Below are positions 34,646-46,850 of a stretch of 64,000 bases of DNA, one piece after another (the first letter of the stretch is position 1; each line of letters starts with the position of its first letter). A program made the translations under genes and the position numbers. The notes under the pieces are model-generated. The model saw only the letters and a program-made list of their open reading frames with translations. It had not been told where the DNA came from and ran no database searches. This DNA comes from Callorhinchus milii (Eukaryota): positions 27,778,001-27,842,000 of the forward strand of contig NW_024704742.1 in the NCBI RefSeq assembly GCF_018977255.1. The letters are read 5' to 3'.

Positions 34646-36820
34646 GTCAACTTAATGACACAGACCTGAATCAGACAAAAGTCATCTGAAGTCTGGCCAA
34701 AGCGGGCTGTTATAGACTAGATTTTATCATGTGTTAGATATTGTAGATCAAATTGTTTGTCTGGCTGCTCCACACCATCATATATTACAGCTTTCTTAAT
34801 ATAACCTTGTCCTTTCAAAGATTTTCTTTTCAAAACCAAAATATTCTTTAGTTTTCAGTGCCATATTTGAATTATCTTTTAACATGATCGTTGTGGCCTC
34901 CCTTTGTACTTGTTATGTTGTGGAATTGTAGCTTTAGAATACTTATTATGAACAAGAATTAGAAAATTTAGTAGAGCCTTTGTACAAAATTTTTTCGTCT
35001 TTACGGATTGATAGCAACATTTTTTTGCCTGGTTTCCTGTTCCAATCTCATTACAACCTCTTTGGTGGTCCCCCATGTCGCCCACCCAGTAGACACCATT
35101 AAAGTGGTCAACATTAACCTGCTTCCAGAAAGCTGCTTTGTTATTCTGTAAGCTACACAAAAGGAATGTGACTCAATTTTACAAGAAATCAAAGGAGTGA
35201 TGTAGATTAAGAGGTTGTTTGGTCCATTTGATCTTGTTCTTCCTTATTATTAATAACAATAATCTGCCTCAGGAAAGCTGCTTTGCTATTCTGCCTATAC
35301 TGTTTTTCAACAGGGTGACCAAAAAATCATGATAAATACCCTATTATCTAAATGCAAAACAAACATCATTATTTATTTAAGACTTATTAGACACTGTAAT
35401 AGTATTTTGACTTGTTGGTCTTCCTGGAATTATTAATAATAATATATAATAATCCTTACGTTTGAAATAGTGCCTTTCACATCAGGAGGACTTCTCAAAG
35501 AGCTTCAAAGGATGCATTGTACACAATGACTGTAGGTGATTGTAAGTTTGTAGTGAATGTGGCAGTGAATTTGCTCACATCAATGTCCCACAGACAGCCA
35601 TGAACATTTTATTGTTGGCCAGGGCGCTGAGAGAAACATGATTGACAGAAACATGATACCCACCCTACCATGTTCTCATGGTATCATTGACTTGTTTGTC
35701 AAATAACTCTATTGTACAGACCTCTACCTCCCTTCCTGGTAATCTATCGCAACAGCTTTTCCACATGATCAACAACCTTCACTCCTGTCCCTTGCGAGTT
35801 GCTTCCTAAATAGGCCTGCTCAGTGTTACTAAGATCACTGGCTCAGCATGGTGGCTGCAGTACAGGGATATAGGCAGAAGAAAGCCAAGTATAAGTGAAA
35901 CGGAACCCTGTGCACACAAACTGATGCCTTTGCTCAGATTTCCACTCAACCAGTGTCTGACTGCTGGCTGTGTTTAGTGAATTGGTTATTACAGCAACTC
36001 CAAAATGAGTCCACTCACCCCAGATTTGAAACTTTAAATCCTAAAGTTTTAAAAGTTTGTGCTGCAGTTACAAGATCACAAGATTAGTTTTTGGTGAAGA
36101 AGGTCCTTTGGTCCACTTGACTTTAAACTTCCTAGCAGCTGCCTTGAAATTGTCTTTGCAGCACTAAACCTGTGTTTTCTTGTTCTTCTATCAGTGCAGC
36201 AGCAACAACAAATTGCATTTATATAGTACCTTTCACATCAGGCGGTCATCCCAAGACACTGAACAGTCAAGGGCTTGCATCCAAGATGGGGCTTGCATTT
36301 GGGTAGGGAGGCATCCTAAAGAGCTGGTACAAAACTGAGTTTGAAGAGATCAATGTGGTCTTATAGAACTTCTCCCAGTCCTAAGACTGCACGTTTGCAG
36401 CTGCGAGACACAAAAATCACATTGAACTGGAGCAAGCTATGTTGTAAAACATGTCTTTAAAGGTAAGCAATGATGGATGAGTCAAAGAGCCTTCTCTGGT
36501 ACCCACCTGGTACTCTTGTCAGTGGGAAGAGGGCATTTGGTATAAATGTTGTTAATACTATAATTTAACCTTATTAATTGGGATGACTCAATGGAAATCA
36601 AATTGCTCCCATCATCAATACCAATTTAAAGGCATTTTGTGTCAAAACTGTCTATTGTAAATAAATAGTGCCACAAAGCTACATTAGACGGCTGACAAAG
36701 ATATGGGACTGTTGGATTAGTGTTGAATCTATAGCTGTTCGCATCCTACTATGATTGTTTACAACCAGTACTTTTGCCATATCCAGCTTCTTCCCATCAT
36801 TTTTGGGGGGAACAATCAGA

Positions 36821-37128
36821 TGTCTGACACATGGATGCCACAAATTATACAATATATTTGTATACATTAAAAAACATTTAAAAATATTTTTGCATTTCAC
36901 CCACCAAATATGCAGTCAATTCACTTTACAATATATTCTGTGAAGTGCTTTGAGACCTCAGACCTCTCAACGCCGTGATAAGGCTCTAAAGCAAATGCAA
37001 GGATTTTTATTATTTTCACCATACTTGAGAGTATCCAAACCAGGTTGAGAGATCCATGTATATATGTCATCTACACATGGAAATTTCCTGTCTGGAATGA
37101 CTGGAATAATGCTCAAGATCAGGACACT
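36821..37128 (+). repeat. Family X copy 3, interrupted by a SINE tail (about 36890-37013)
   Basis: 'tgtctgacacatgg' ... 'tcaccatacttgagagtatccaaaccaggttgagagatccatg...ctacacatggaaatttcc'. Confidence 0.6.
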
Positions 37129-37845
37129 ATAAATTCATAAGATGAATTAGCTCCCGAGTTATCAATGTTTATACGTTTACATGCTGTAAAATTTTGCAGC
37201 TCACATCTTGTGTAATGTAAATTATGTTATGCAGCGTGTGATTTCTGTCTTCTCATTCAGTTACACAAGTGCACCAGCAGTGACAATCACAGGCTGCGCT
37301 ACATGTGGGCGGGAAAGTTAGATAGTGTTTCATTTCTTGCGATTTAGATCAGCAGCTTTCATCTGGATAGAGATGAAAACTCAAAACCATTGAGTTCAGT
37401 GTAGTGAAAATGTTAAAGAATATAACCATAGACAGAGAAAATATTTCTTACCTACTCAAGTTCAAATCCATATACAAATTGAACTTTTCTCTCTAACACA
37501 AAATTGTCAATTCCTAATCATGAATTGTAGCAGGTATATCCATTATGTATTAGGAATAAAATATTCACCAATTATGTAATGCAATGCAATTTACACCTAT
37601 ATATCACATTCAGGAGAAAACACTCTTTCTTCAATAATTCAAAGCCCTCAAGTATTAACTTTACAACATTTGGAGGATCTATTCATTAGGCAATTAGGAA
37701 TAATATATGAACAAATTTACACATGATCAATTTGAAAAATAGGCTCTCGTCCTTCGACTCCAAAGCCCAAGTCACTTTGTCAAACAAGAACAATGTTGTT
37801 TGAAAATCTGTTACATCGGAAAAGTGCTTAAGTCCTGCTGAAGTT

Positions 37846-38548
37846 TGGCTCATTTGTTAGCACTCTCACTTCTGAATCAGAAGGTTGTGGGGTGCAAGTC
37901 CCATGTCGAGACTTTGAACTCATAGGCTGACATTTCAATGCAGTGCTGGGGTTGTGCTGCAAATGGAGGTTCTGTCCTTTGGATGAAAAAGGTCCCATCT
38001 GGGACGTGAAGATCCAATTACACTATTCATTAATGCCCCAAAAAACAATCTATAGTCAACCCACTTTGCATTATATCCTGTGAAGTACTTTGAGACATCT
38101 CAACGACGTAATAAGGTGCTATATCAAATACAAGGTTTATTATTATTCAAGAAGAGAAGGGAGTTTCTCCTGGTGTCCTGGTCAGCATTCATCTAAATAA
38201 AATTGTTCATTCCCTTCATAGCTGTTTGCGGGACATTGCTGTTTGCAAATTAGCTGCCATAGTCACCTGCAAATAATAATAATCCTTGCATTTGATATAG
38301 CGCTTTTCACATCTTCTTGACATCTCAAAGCACTTCACAGAATATACTGTAAAGTGAATTGACTGTATATTTATGGGCGAAATGCAGCAGCCAATTGCAC
38401 ACAGCAGTGTCCCACAAACAGTCGTGGATTGAGTGACCAAATTATTATTGTTTTTTGCAGTACATTTTATAGTTTAATCCTGTGAAGCATTTCAAGAATG
38501 GTTTGATAACTTGATAAGACACTATAACAAATGCAGGAATCATTATAT
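37846..38548 (+). mobile_element. SINE family B carrying two nested SINE 3' fragments (+ at about 38050-38146, - at about 38273-38452)
   Basis: Head 'tggctcatttgttagcactctcacttctgaatcagaaggttgtgggg'. The family B body resumes after each insert ('cactattc'...'ttcaagaagagaagggagtttctcc'). Confidence 0.8.
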
Positions 38549-39139
38549 AAAGCTCCTCCTGAAATCCCATTGCATTATTTCCCCTGCAAAATTAGCTCAT
38601 TCTTGAGCCTCACGTTGTGTGAAGTGCTAACTTAAAAAAATGGCCAACCCAGCAGTAAAAGAATTCCCTAGATATACGTCTGCTGTAAGAGTTTAAATTT
38701 GAAACTATTCATCCTTGTCTGTGGACATATTATACAGAACACAGTGCACACATAACCGTAAAAAGGTAGGAAATTAAATGCAAAGAAACACTGGAAAGTA
38801 TAATATATATATAATATCTTCGAGAAATAAATTAAACCAGGGAGCAACAACAGTTGTAAACGTAAGGAAGCTATAAGTTATCACTTGGCGCAGTTACTAT
38901 AGGACAGCAGCCAGATTGTTTGCAAGTTGTCATTAACAAATAAAATACTCATTGTTATTTGGGAAGTGTGGTAAGCCATACCCTGAAACCCATCCACTGG
39001 CTTGTTTGTAAACCCAGTGCCTAGAGATTTCTGAATTCTTATCCTCTCTTAATTCTGTTAACCTTTTCCCTGGCTTAGATTCATACATTCAATGCAGATC
39101 TAGAAAAGTGTCATCATTGCATTCAGCTCTGCCTTAAAT

Positions 39140-39830
39140 TTACAAATCTCAGCCAGGGAAGCGATTGAGAATTGAGAGAGGTTTAAAAACTGAAGAGGTT
39201 GAGAATTGAGGACACAATTGGCTTCAGTACCCTTAGGCTACAGAGAGAGGGAAATCAGCTAAGATTCCCGCTTCTGCTCATGTACAATCCGCTGACACCG
39301 AATAATGAGTGTTTTGAAGGCAGAATCGGATGTCTGGCCACCATGGAGCCTGCGTCGCTCAATGCCGTAGTAGAGAAGGAGACAAAACACGCAAATTTAA
39401 ATCAGTTTCATAGTATTATGATAAAATAAAATTCAACAGACTGTTCCAATGGTTCAGTAAGGTATTTCAGTGAGTATCCGAGCTGTACGGGTACCAGGGT
39501 TGATGTCTGTCTATTTTAAGTGATGTGCTCTCAACTGTAGCGATAATAAGAATGGCAGAGTTGACCTTTGTGCCCTGGTTAGGGGGCGTCCTATCGTTTC
39601 TGGTGGTGCGCCATGTGGGAGTTAGTTGAAAATAGAATTTTACTCCACTGCAAATGCCCTGTGATCAACTTGCCTGCAGCGCTGTCAAAATTTGTATGTG
39701 AATAATGGGGCCTTATTCATATGTGACAAAGAATGCTTGAGATTGATAGGCCAATACCCCAGTAAAAAAAAGTCAAATATATGTCCGGAGAGTGCGGGTG
39801 GAGGTAAATGAGAGATTAAACTTAGGTACC
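39140..39830 (+). mobile_element. Two degenerate copies of an older SINE-like family (family C)
   Basis: Shared 'atctcagccaggg...caattggcttcag...ggaaatcagctaagattcccgc' and 'tgtgaataatgggg' motifs; related copies lie at 40450-40830 (-), 42440-42690 (-) and 43700-43850 (+). Confidence 0.5.
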
Positions 39831-40061
39831 AATGGAATGAACATCACAAATTCAGAATAAACAGTTAGTATAACATACCCACTATTAATGCCATTGCAAT
39901 CATGTTCATTATCTATTATCAATAGAATCATTACCATTCAAATAACTGTTCAGATTAAAATGTACCTAATACCAATGTTGATCCAGTCAGTTCTCATTTA
40001 CTGCCATTTTGTAGTATTTTGGAGTAACAATGGAGTATACAATCCTGACCAATGAATAACC

Positions 40062-40420
40062 ATAACAAATGCATTTATATAGCGTCTTTCATGTCGGGAG
40101 GACATCCTAAGGCACTGAATAGGCGAGGATTAGCACTCAAACTGGGGGTTGGATACGGGAGGGGTGAGTGCCGAGGCAGGAATGCGGATGGGAAGATGAC
40201 CGATGGCGTGGTCAAAGAAGAAGGTTTTGGAATGGGTCTTGAGAAGTGAGGCAAAGGGTGAGGCGAGGGGACTCTGGGAATGGAGTTACAGGGAGTGGGG
40301 TCAGAAAGGCTAAAGGCCCAATGGTTAGTGTTGTGACGGGCGGATCGGTAGGGCTTTGGAGGTCACAGAGATCGGGTAGTGCAAGACGGTAGAGAGATTT
40401 TAAAGTGAGGACGATGGATA
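40062..40420 (-). mobile_element. L2 LINE 3' fragment
   Basis: 'aacaaatgcatttatatagcgtctttcatgtcgggaggacatcctaaggcactgaa'; the body is similar in reverse complement to 25140-25530. Confidence 0.85.
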
Positions 40421-40449
40421 AAATGCTTTGCAGTTATTCAATCTATTTC

Positions 40450-40840
40450 ACTGCTTCCACCCCTGGAAGTGGCCACTTATCATAGAGAGTCTGATTGGCA
40501 CCCTGTTACTATTATAACTGATCGCCTTACATGTGATCCTCACAGTTGAATTTCAAGGGCTGAATGGCAAAGGGATGGAGTCTGCCCAGCCAAGCCTGGC
40601 CGCAGTCTCACCCATCAATCACAAGCATGCAGTTCCAACAGGGCTTCGGGGATAGTCACTGTTCTACTTTTTGGGATGGGAGAGAGGTTCAGGTTAATAG
40701 TAATGCTTCTGCCGCTGCCCTTGGGCGAGATAAGCAAATTCAACACAGATCAGGCATCAAATCTGGGGATTTCCTGATCTCTATAGCTTTGGATATAGGT
40801 AAACACCAGGTGGTACATTTATTGCCAAACCATCAGGGAA
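40450..40840 (-). mobile_element. Family C old SINE-like copy
   Basis: 'gtggccacttatcatagagagtc...gagataagcaaattcaacacagatcaggcatcaaatctggggatttcctgatctctatagct' is the reverse complement of the family C motifs. Confidence 0.5.
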
Positions 40841-43800
40841 CTCTGCTTAATATTCTTTTTTAAGGAAAATTCTCAACACGATTAATGAAGCCAACTCACT
40901 GCCAATTTTAATTCGAAGACAGCAGGACGCTTTCAAAGTCGAATCGCGTTCGTATCAGATATCTGTTTTTATGTTAAATTTGTTTTCTATTTAAAATCGA
41001 ATTAAATTGCTGGATGAATAATTAAGTGGGCCCTAATGTACAAGCTTACAATTTTTTGTAGAAAGCCTGAGTTGAGCGTAATCTGAAACATGTAGAATAC
41101 TTCTTAGCGAATAGTTTCTTGCCAATGTTTTTGTCTCCTCCAATTTTCTTCTCCTTTGGTTCTTTGAAATCATCTGACTTCATTATTCTTATTACTTGGA
41201 GCATCATTCCATGGTTGTCAAACATTGCTAACTCACTCCCTTACCAGGGAGGACGAAAGGGGAGTGAGAGATGAAAAGATTGTAGCACTACCACTACTAT
41301 CTAGCTACGATTTGGCAAATAAGTTATGTATTTATCGCTTTCCAACTTGTAGCAAAATTTCTGCATCCCAAATCCACATTTCAGACCTAATCAATAATTT
41401 GTAAACTGTGTGTCAGTCATTTAGCAAACGGGTAAATCTCTCTAATACAACATTTATTTTCAAGTTTGTGAACCACATTAAACCTTCTTGCCTAATTGAG
41501 CTGGCAGCACTGACTGACGAATGCTCTTTATATCTGCTTTGAAGATGCACTCTCATACAACAGGTCAAAGCAATTCAGTTTGACTAGTGTAATGTTAGTT
41601 GGCCTAGGGGAAGCTACCAATGTCACAGTTCTTGCAGAAGATCCACACCCAGCTGTAAAACATAACTCTCACTGTCCTGAGAAGGACAGTTTCACTGCAC
41701 AAACACAGCGGTTCATCCAAAACTAAGCTCAACAATAGCAACAGCAATAGCACCTTACATGTAATGTAACATCTCTGAGTGCTTCACAATGACGGGGTCA
41801 AATGCTGAGCAAGAGTTAAGGGAAAGAGGAAGAGGGGAAGTAAACAGAGATGCAGTCAAAGAGGTAGGTTTTAAATTGGGATTTAAAGATGGATAACAAA
41901 GGAATTAGGTGGCGGATAGAAAGAGGGAGTTCCAGAGGTTGATTTTTAGGAAGGACGGTGCAACTAATTAGCACTGTAATTAATTTTTATCTGAAAAAGA
42001 ACAACTCTTTTGACTGCAATTTTCTTTCCTGAAGGTGCTGATTCATTCTAGGTTTCCCCATCAATCGATAGGGATGTGTTTCCGATCTGTGGGCAGGAAG
42101 ACAGTGGTAACGCTCTTATGCATTTCATGCTGAGCTGTGTTGTCCACCAGGGAGCTCACAGGGAGTTCTTAGTATCTGCAAGACACCTATTGAGAGAGCA
42201 CAAATATCATAATCAAGCCAATCCTCTGTGGCGGTCTCTGTACTATAGGGCACTGCTGATGAAAGCCTCCCTTTCATGGGAATTGAAAGGGCAGGGTTTC
42301 TTCTCACTCAGCTTCTGTTAACCCTGCAAACCAAAGCCCTATAGGATAGGCTGGTCCCAGTTGATCAAGCAGCGGGAAAGCTTTCCAGAACAGTACTTTC
42401 AATGGCAGGCTATGCAGTTTTAGCTGGTTAGACTCCAGTGGTACACCAGCACACACTCTTGGGTCCTCAAGCCTTGGTTCTTACCAACTTGTGCCAAATT
42501 CCTGACCACATCATGTGATAGGTTAGATACGTGAGTGCTGACATGCCATTCAATCATGATTGGGTGGCTTCACAGTCAAACCCCACTGTCCAAAGGTATG
42601 GCATTCCATTGTGGTCACTTATAGTGATCAGGATTAAGAGACTTAACTGATTTGTTCCCTTTCAATTGTAGCGTTGGCTGAAATCACTGCAGAAATATTC
42701 TTTGCAACATAATATAGGAGATTATTTTCCTAAGCATCTCTGTGCGAATTGTAAATACAGACCTCTCAGACCCTTAGTAAAATTTCATCTCCAGTTCTGA
42801 TTCAGCTCTCTCTATATTTGGTCTCCTGCTCACTTTAACCTAGTCCAGTGCAAACTTCAGGAGCAGAAGCTTATTTTTTTCAAATGAACTCTTCAGATGT
42901 AAACATTTGCTTTAACGTGTATTATGAATAATAATAACCCTTGCTTTTGATACAGCACCCATATTGTCGAAACATTTCAAAGGGCTTCACGGGGAATTGT
43001 TGTAACTTGTAGTGTCTGTTTATTTGTAGGCAATCACAGCACACAGCAAAATCTTTTGTCCCCATGTTATCCCATGCTATTTACTTTCCCCCCTCTCCTG
43101 ATTTGCTATTTTTGATGCTCACTGGTAGTTTTTATCGCTCAATGAACTGCTATCGGAGCTGCTTTCGTTTTTTCAGTCTTCCATTGACAACAATGCACAA
43201 TCCCATTGATGGTGCATCAACTATCTCTTTGTGTCTTCATCATTTTAACCTCTCCAAAGTTTTGCTTGTTTCCATCACTGTGCTGCATCCTAGAGCGAGG
43301 AGCTCTTCAGCCTGCTGCTTCTGTTCTGATGAACATCTTTGCCTGAAGCAGTAACCTACCTTTCTCTTTTGTACACTGTTTGACATAATGTGGGTCTGTA
43401 ATATTTCTATATATGTTTCAGATTTCCAGTATTTCTGTTTTTATTTGAATGTAAGGATTGTTTGCAGTAGCGGTGCTTAACAATTGCAAATCAGAATTGA
43501 CAGATAATCCTTTCTCTCACTGCGCTGAAATTAACTAATGTCTTTTACAGCACATCTGTGGGGAAATATCAGTGGAACAGAAATCAGATTTCCACTGGTT
43601 TAATACCACAATGGTAACATAACACTACACAACAGCTTCAAGCTAATTTTCATTAGCTTCGAAGGGTGTTTTTTTTAAAAAGTCAATAAAATTCCTATTT
43701 TCAAGGCACCTCTAATGGCTCAACAGTTTAATGCACTGCAAAAAATGTCACTGGGGTGAGATGCTGAAAGGCTAATTGTGCCCATGGAATTGAACCATGT

Positions 43801-44287
43801 GAATATCTGCCTTCAGGAGAGGAAAGAAGAAGGTTAGGAAAATATATTTTTATGATGAAAACAAAGCACTGTGATCAATCTTTATTTACTGCACTCACCA
43901 CCGCCAGTAAGTCTGCTAAACTACCTGGCTGACTCTTATTCAAGAGAGACGTGTAGGAGCACTGTGCAGATTTCTTATGCTTGCGTTTCTAAGCTTGCTT
44001 TGGTTTCCTGCCCTGTTTTTAAGAGCCACACATATGCTTTCTTTCTTGGAGCTTGCTGCTGTACAATGAATTAAATGAACATCGAAAACCCTCTGTTAGT
44101 GTAAAAACAGGAGTGTTTTCCAAGGAGTGACTTAATGTCACACCAGAAAGACTCAGTTAATATGTTCTTGGTAACCTGTTTAGTTTCTGTGTGAATGTTT
44201 ATATCTTTTAAAAAAGTTCACTTTTCTCTTCAGTGTCTCTCACTGACTTAAGCGAATATAACAAACCAATGTCAGGTGTCAGTCTGA

Positions 44288-44675
44288 TTGAGTTGGCAGC
44301 AGTCTCGGTTCGGAGTCAGAAGGTTGTGGATTCAAGCAAAACCTCAGGACTTTGAGCTCATATAGTCTACTCTGACACTTGGTCCTGGGGGTGCCATCCT
44401 CCAGATAACATGTTAAACCAAGGTCCCGTCTGCCTGTTCAGGGGGACATTACAAATCCAATGGCACTATACAAAGAAGAAAGGAGTTTGTCTTGATGAAC
44501 AATCCCAAGATAACATTGATCATTCTCTTCTGGCTTTTCGTGGGACAATACTTTGTGCAAATTAGCTGCCCTGCTGACCTACAAATACACAGTCACTACA
44601 ATTTATAGTAAATCCTGTGAAGTGTTTTCAGATGTTAACATAAGGCCCTATGTTACGTACAATGACTACTATTAT
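44288..44675 (+). mobile_element. SINE family B, near full length
   Basis: 'gagttggcagcagtctcggttcggagtcagaaggttgtggattcaag...gttaaaccaaggtcccgtctgcctgttcagg...tggcactatacaaagaagaaaggagtt' plus tail. Confidence 0.8.
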
Positions 44676-45312
44676 CACTGGAAATTTTATATCACACTGT
44701 TCTCCTGAAATAACAAAGCAAGTTATAGCACTGACTGCATATTCTATTGCTTTGAGATAATTATTAACTGGGTATTATATTTTAATTTATCCAACTGACA
44801 CTGATGTGAGAATTAATATTACTTAAGAAAATAAGAAAGCCTGAAATGAGAAACTGTTAATCAGTACATCAATCTACCTGCTGCACAATCCACGTAAAAC
44901 CAAACAGCATTGTAGACTTTACTCCACTCATGCTCTCTCCTGGTAGGAGACTGCCCACACGGCGATTCTCCGAACCCCAAAGTCAACTTAGTAAAACGAC
45001 TTCAATATCCACATCTCCAGTTTTCAAACCCTTCCCTTGATTGACAACAACCTCCCACTCCCAGCCTCCAGCAGCTCAGAAATCACTGTGTCCTCAGAAA
45101 TTTTTTTGTTCTCAGCCTGGATCAATCCCTTCATTTTCCACCTTGTTCTTTTGCAGATGTAGATTTACAAGTGATGGGATTATTTACTTCCAGAATGCAA
45201 GGATTATTATTATTATAGTTGATATAGCGCCTTATCACATCGTTGAGATGTCTCAAAGCGCTTCACAGAATACACTGTAAAGTGAATTGACTGTATACTC
45301 TGTGGGTGAAAT

Positions 45313-45640
45313 TTATGAGAGAAGGTGACTCAGATGGCAACTCTTAGAGATGTATAACATGTTAAATGGGATGGAATAAGTAAACCAAGATGAATACTTT
45401 AGGATGCACCAAGAAAGTAGAACAAAAGGACGTAGGTTTAAAGTTGCAAACACCATTATAGGACAGATACCAGGAAGTTTTGCTTTTCTCAGAAGATAAT
45501 TAAGCACTGGAACAGGTCGGCAGGGAAAGTGGTTGAGCCTGGACGGTGGACCCATTTATAAAGCAGCTTGATGTGGTGATGGGAGGATGGGTGTACCAGA
45601 AGGATGAGATTGGATGGGCTGAAGGGCTTTTTCATCCAAA
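45313..45640 (+). mobile_element. CR1 LINE 3' fragment
   Basis: 'gagatgtataacatgttaaatggg...agaacaaaaggacgtaggtttaaag...ttggatgggctgaagggcttttt'. Confidence 0.7.
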
Positions 45641-46275
45641 CAAATATAGAGATAGCATGTCATAGGGCTCCTGACTAGCTGGTGCAACACTTATCTTCCA
45701 TATGGACAGTGAATACCATTTGTATTACTAATAAAAATACAATAAAATAGTACCAGAGGTATACAACAACAACAACAACAAGATTCCATTTATAGAGCGC
45801 CTTTCACGACGGGAGGACGTCCCAAGGCGCTGGGATTCCATCCCATCCCACTTATTAAGCAAATTCCCTGTTGATCTTACTCGTATCTGAACTGCAAACT
45901 TCTTCTCCATCAACAACGACCTGTTTACAAGCATTTCCTCTTTGCTATTGTGGATTTTAAACTTATCAGTGTTTAATACACAGAATCATTATTAGTATTG
46001 AGATAGAATGTACTATATGCAAGTGAATTCTCTGTCTATAGGCTATTTATTATGCAGATCTCTATTACAAAGCTCTTCGTCTATTGTCATCCCTATAATG
46101 ACTAATAAAAATGTTCTAAAATATTAATCAAGATTTTAACCTGTCAACAGTACTTTGCATTCTACTGCTTACTAATAGCCAAGCTTCATCAAATGGAAAT
46201 ATCACATTACATTTGTTAGGAAGCATAAGAATTTCAGTAGATAATTATTGACAGTTTTTGGATATAATGAATAAG

Positions 46276-46850
46276 TATAATCCTTACATTTTGATATTGT
46301 GCCTTATCACAGCATCAAAGTGACTCAAAGGGCTTAACTGGAAATACTTTAGAGTGGTGTCACCATTTGTATTTTGTGGGCAAATATGTCGGCCGATTTG
46401 CGAAAAGCCAAGTCCCCCAACAAGTCAACAACAACTTGCATTTATGTAGCGACCCAAACACAGGGTAGCGTCCCAGTGAGCTTGACAGTGATAAAGTGCA
46501 ACCCCGGGGGTTGGGAGAGGTGACAGCAAGTGAGGTCGAAGAGGAAGGTCTTGAGGCGCAACCTGGAGGAATGGGCAAAGTGGTGGAATTGAGGGAGAGT
46601 GCTCCAGGATTTCAGGGCGCAGTGGCTGAAAGCCCGGCTACCGATGGTATAACGGAGGGCTTGAGGGCAAACAGGAGGTCGGAGCCCCCTGAAGGTTATT
46701 CATCAAGTGAATTTTATCTATGGGATTGTTGAGGAGGACCCCGGCGAAAACTCCTTCCTCTTTTCGATCAGTGCCATGGTGTTTTTAATGTTCACCTGGG
46801 CAGGCAGAGTGGGGCCTTAGTTTAGTTTGGCATCCAAAGAACGGCAATGT
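46276..46850 (-). mobile_element. SINE family B split by an L2-type insertion (about 46427-46690)
   Basis: Family B tail/body at 46276-46426. The insert begins 'caacaacaacttgcatttatgtagcgacccaaacacagggtagcgtccc'. The family B body resumes 'gggattgttgaggaggaccccggcgaaaactcc...gtgccatgg'. Confidence 0.7.

Noticed and set aside
34879..35160. Minus-strand ORF containing AAFWKQVNVDHF, reminiscent of FH2 CFWxKV
   Set aside because: Wrong strand relative to the FH1 exon, weak donor and no further similarity.
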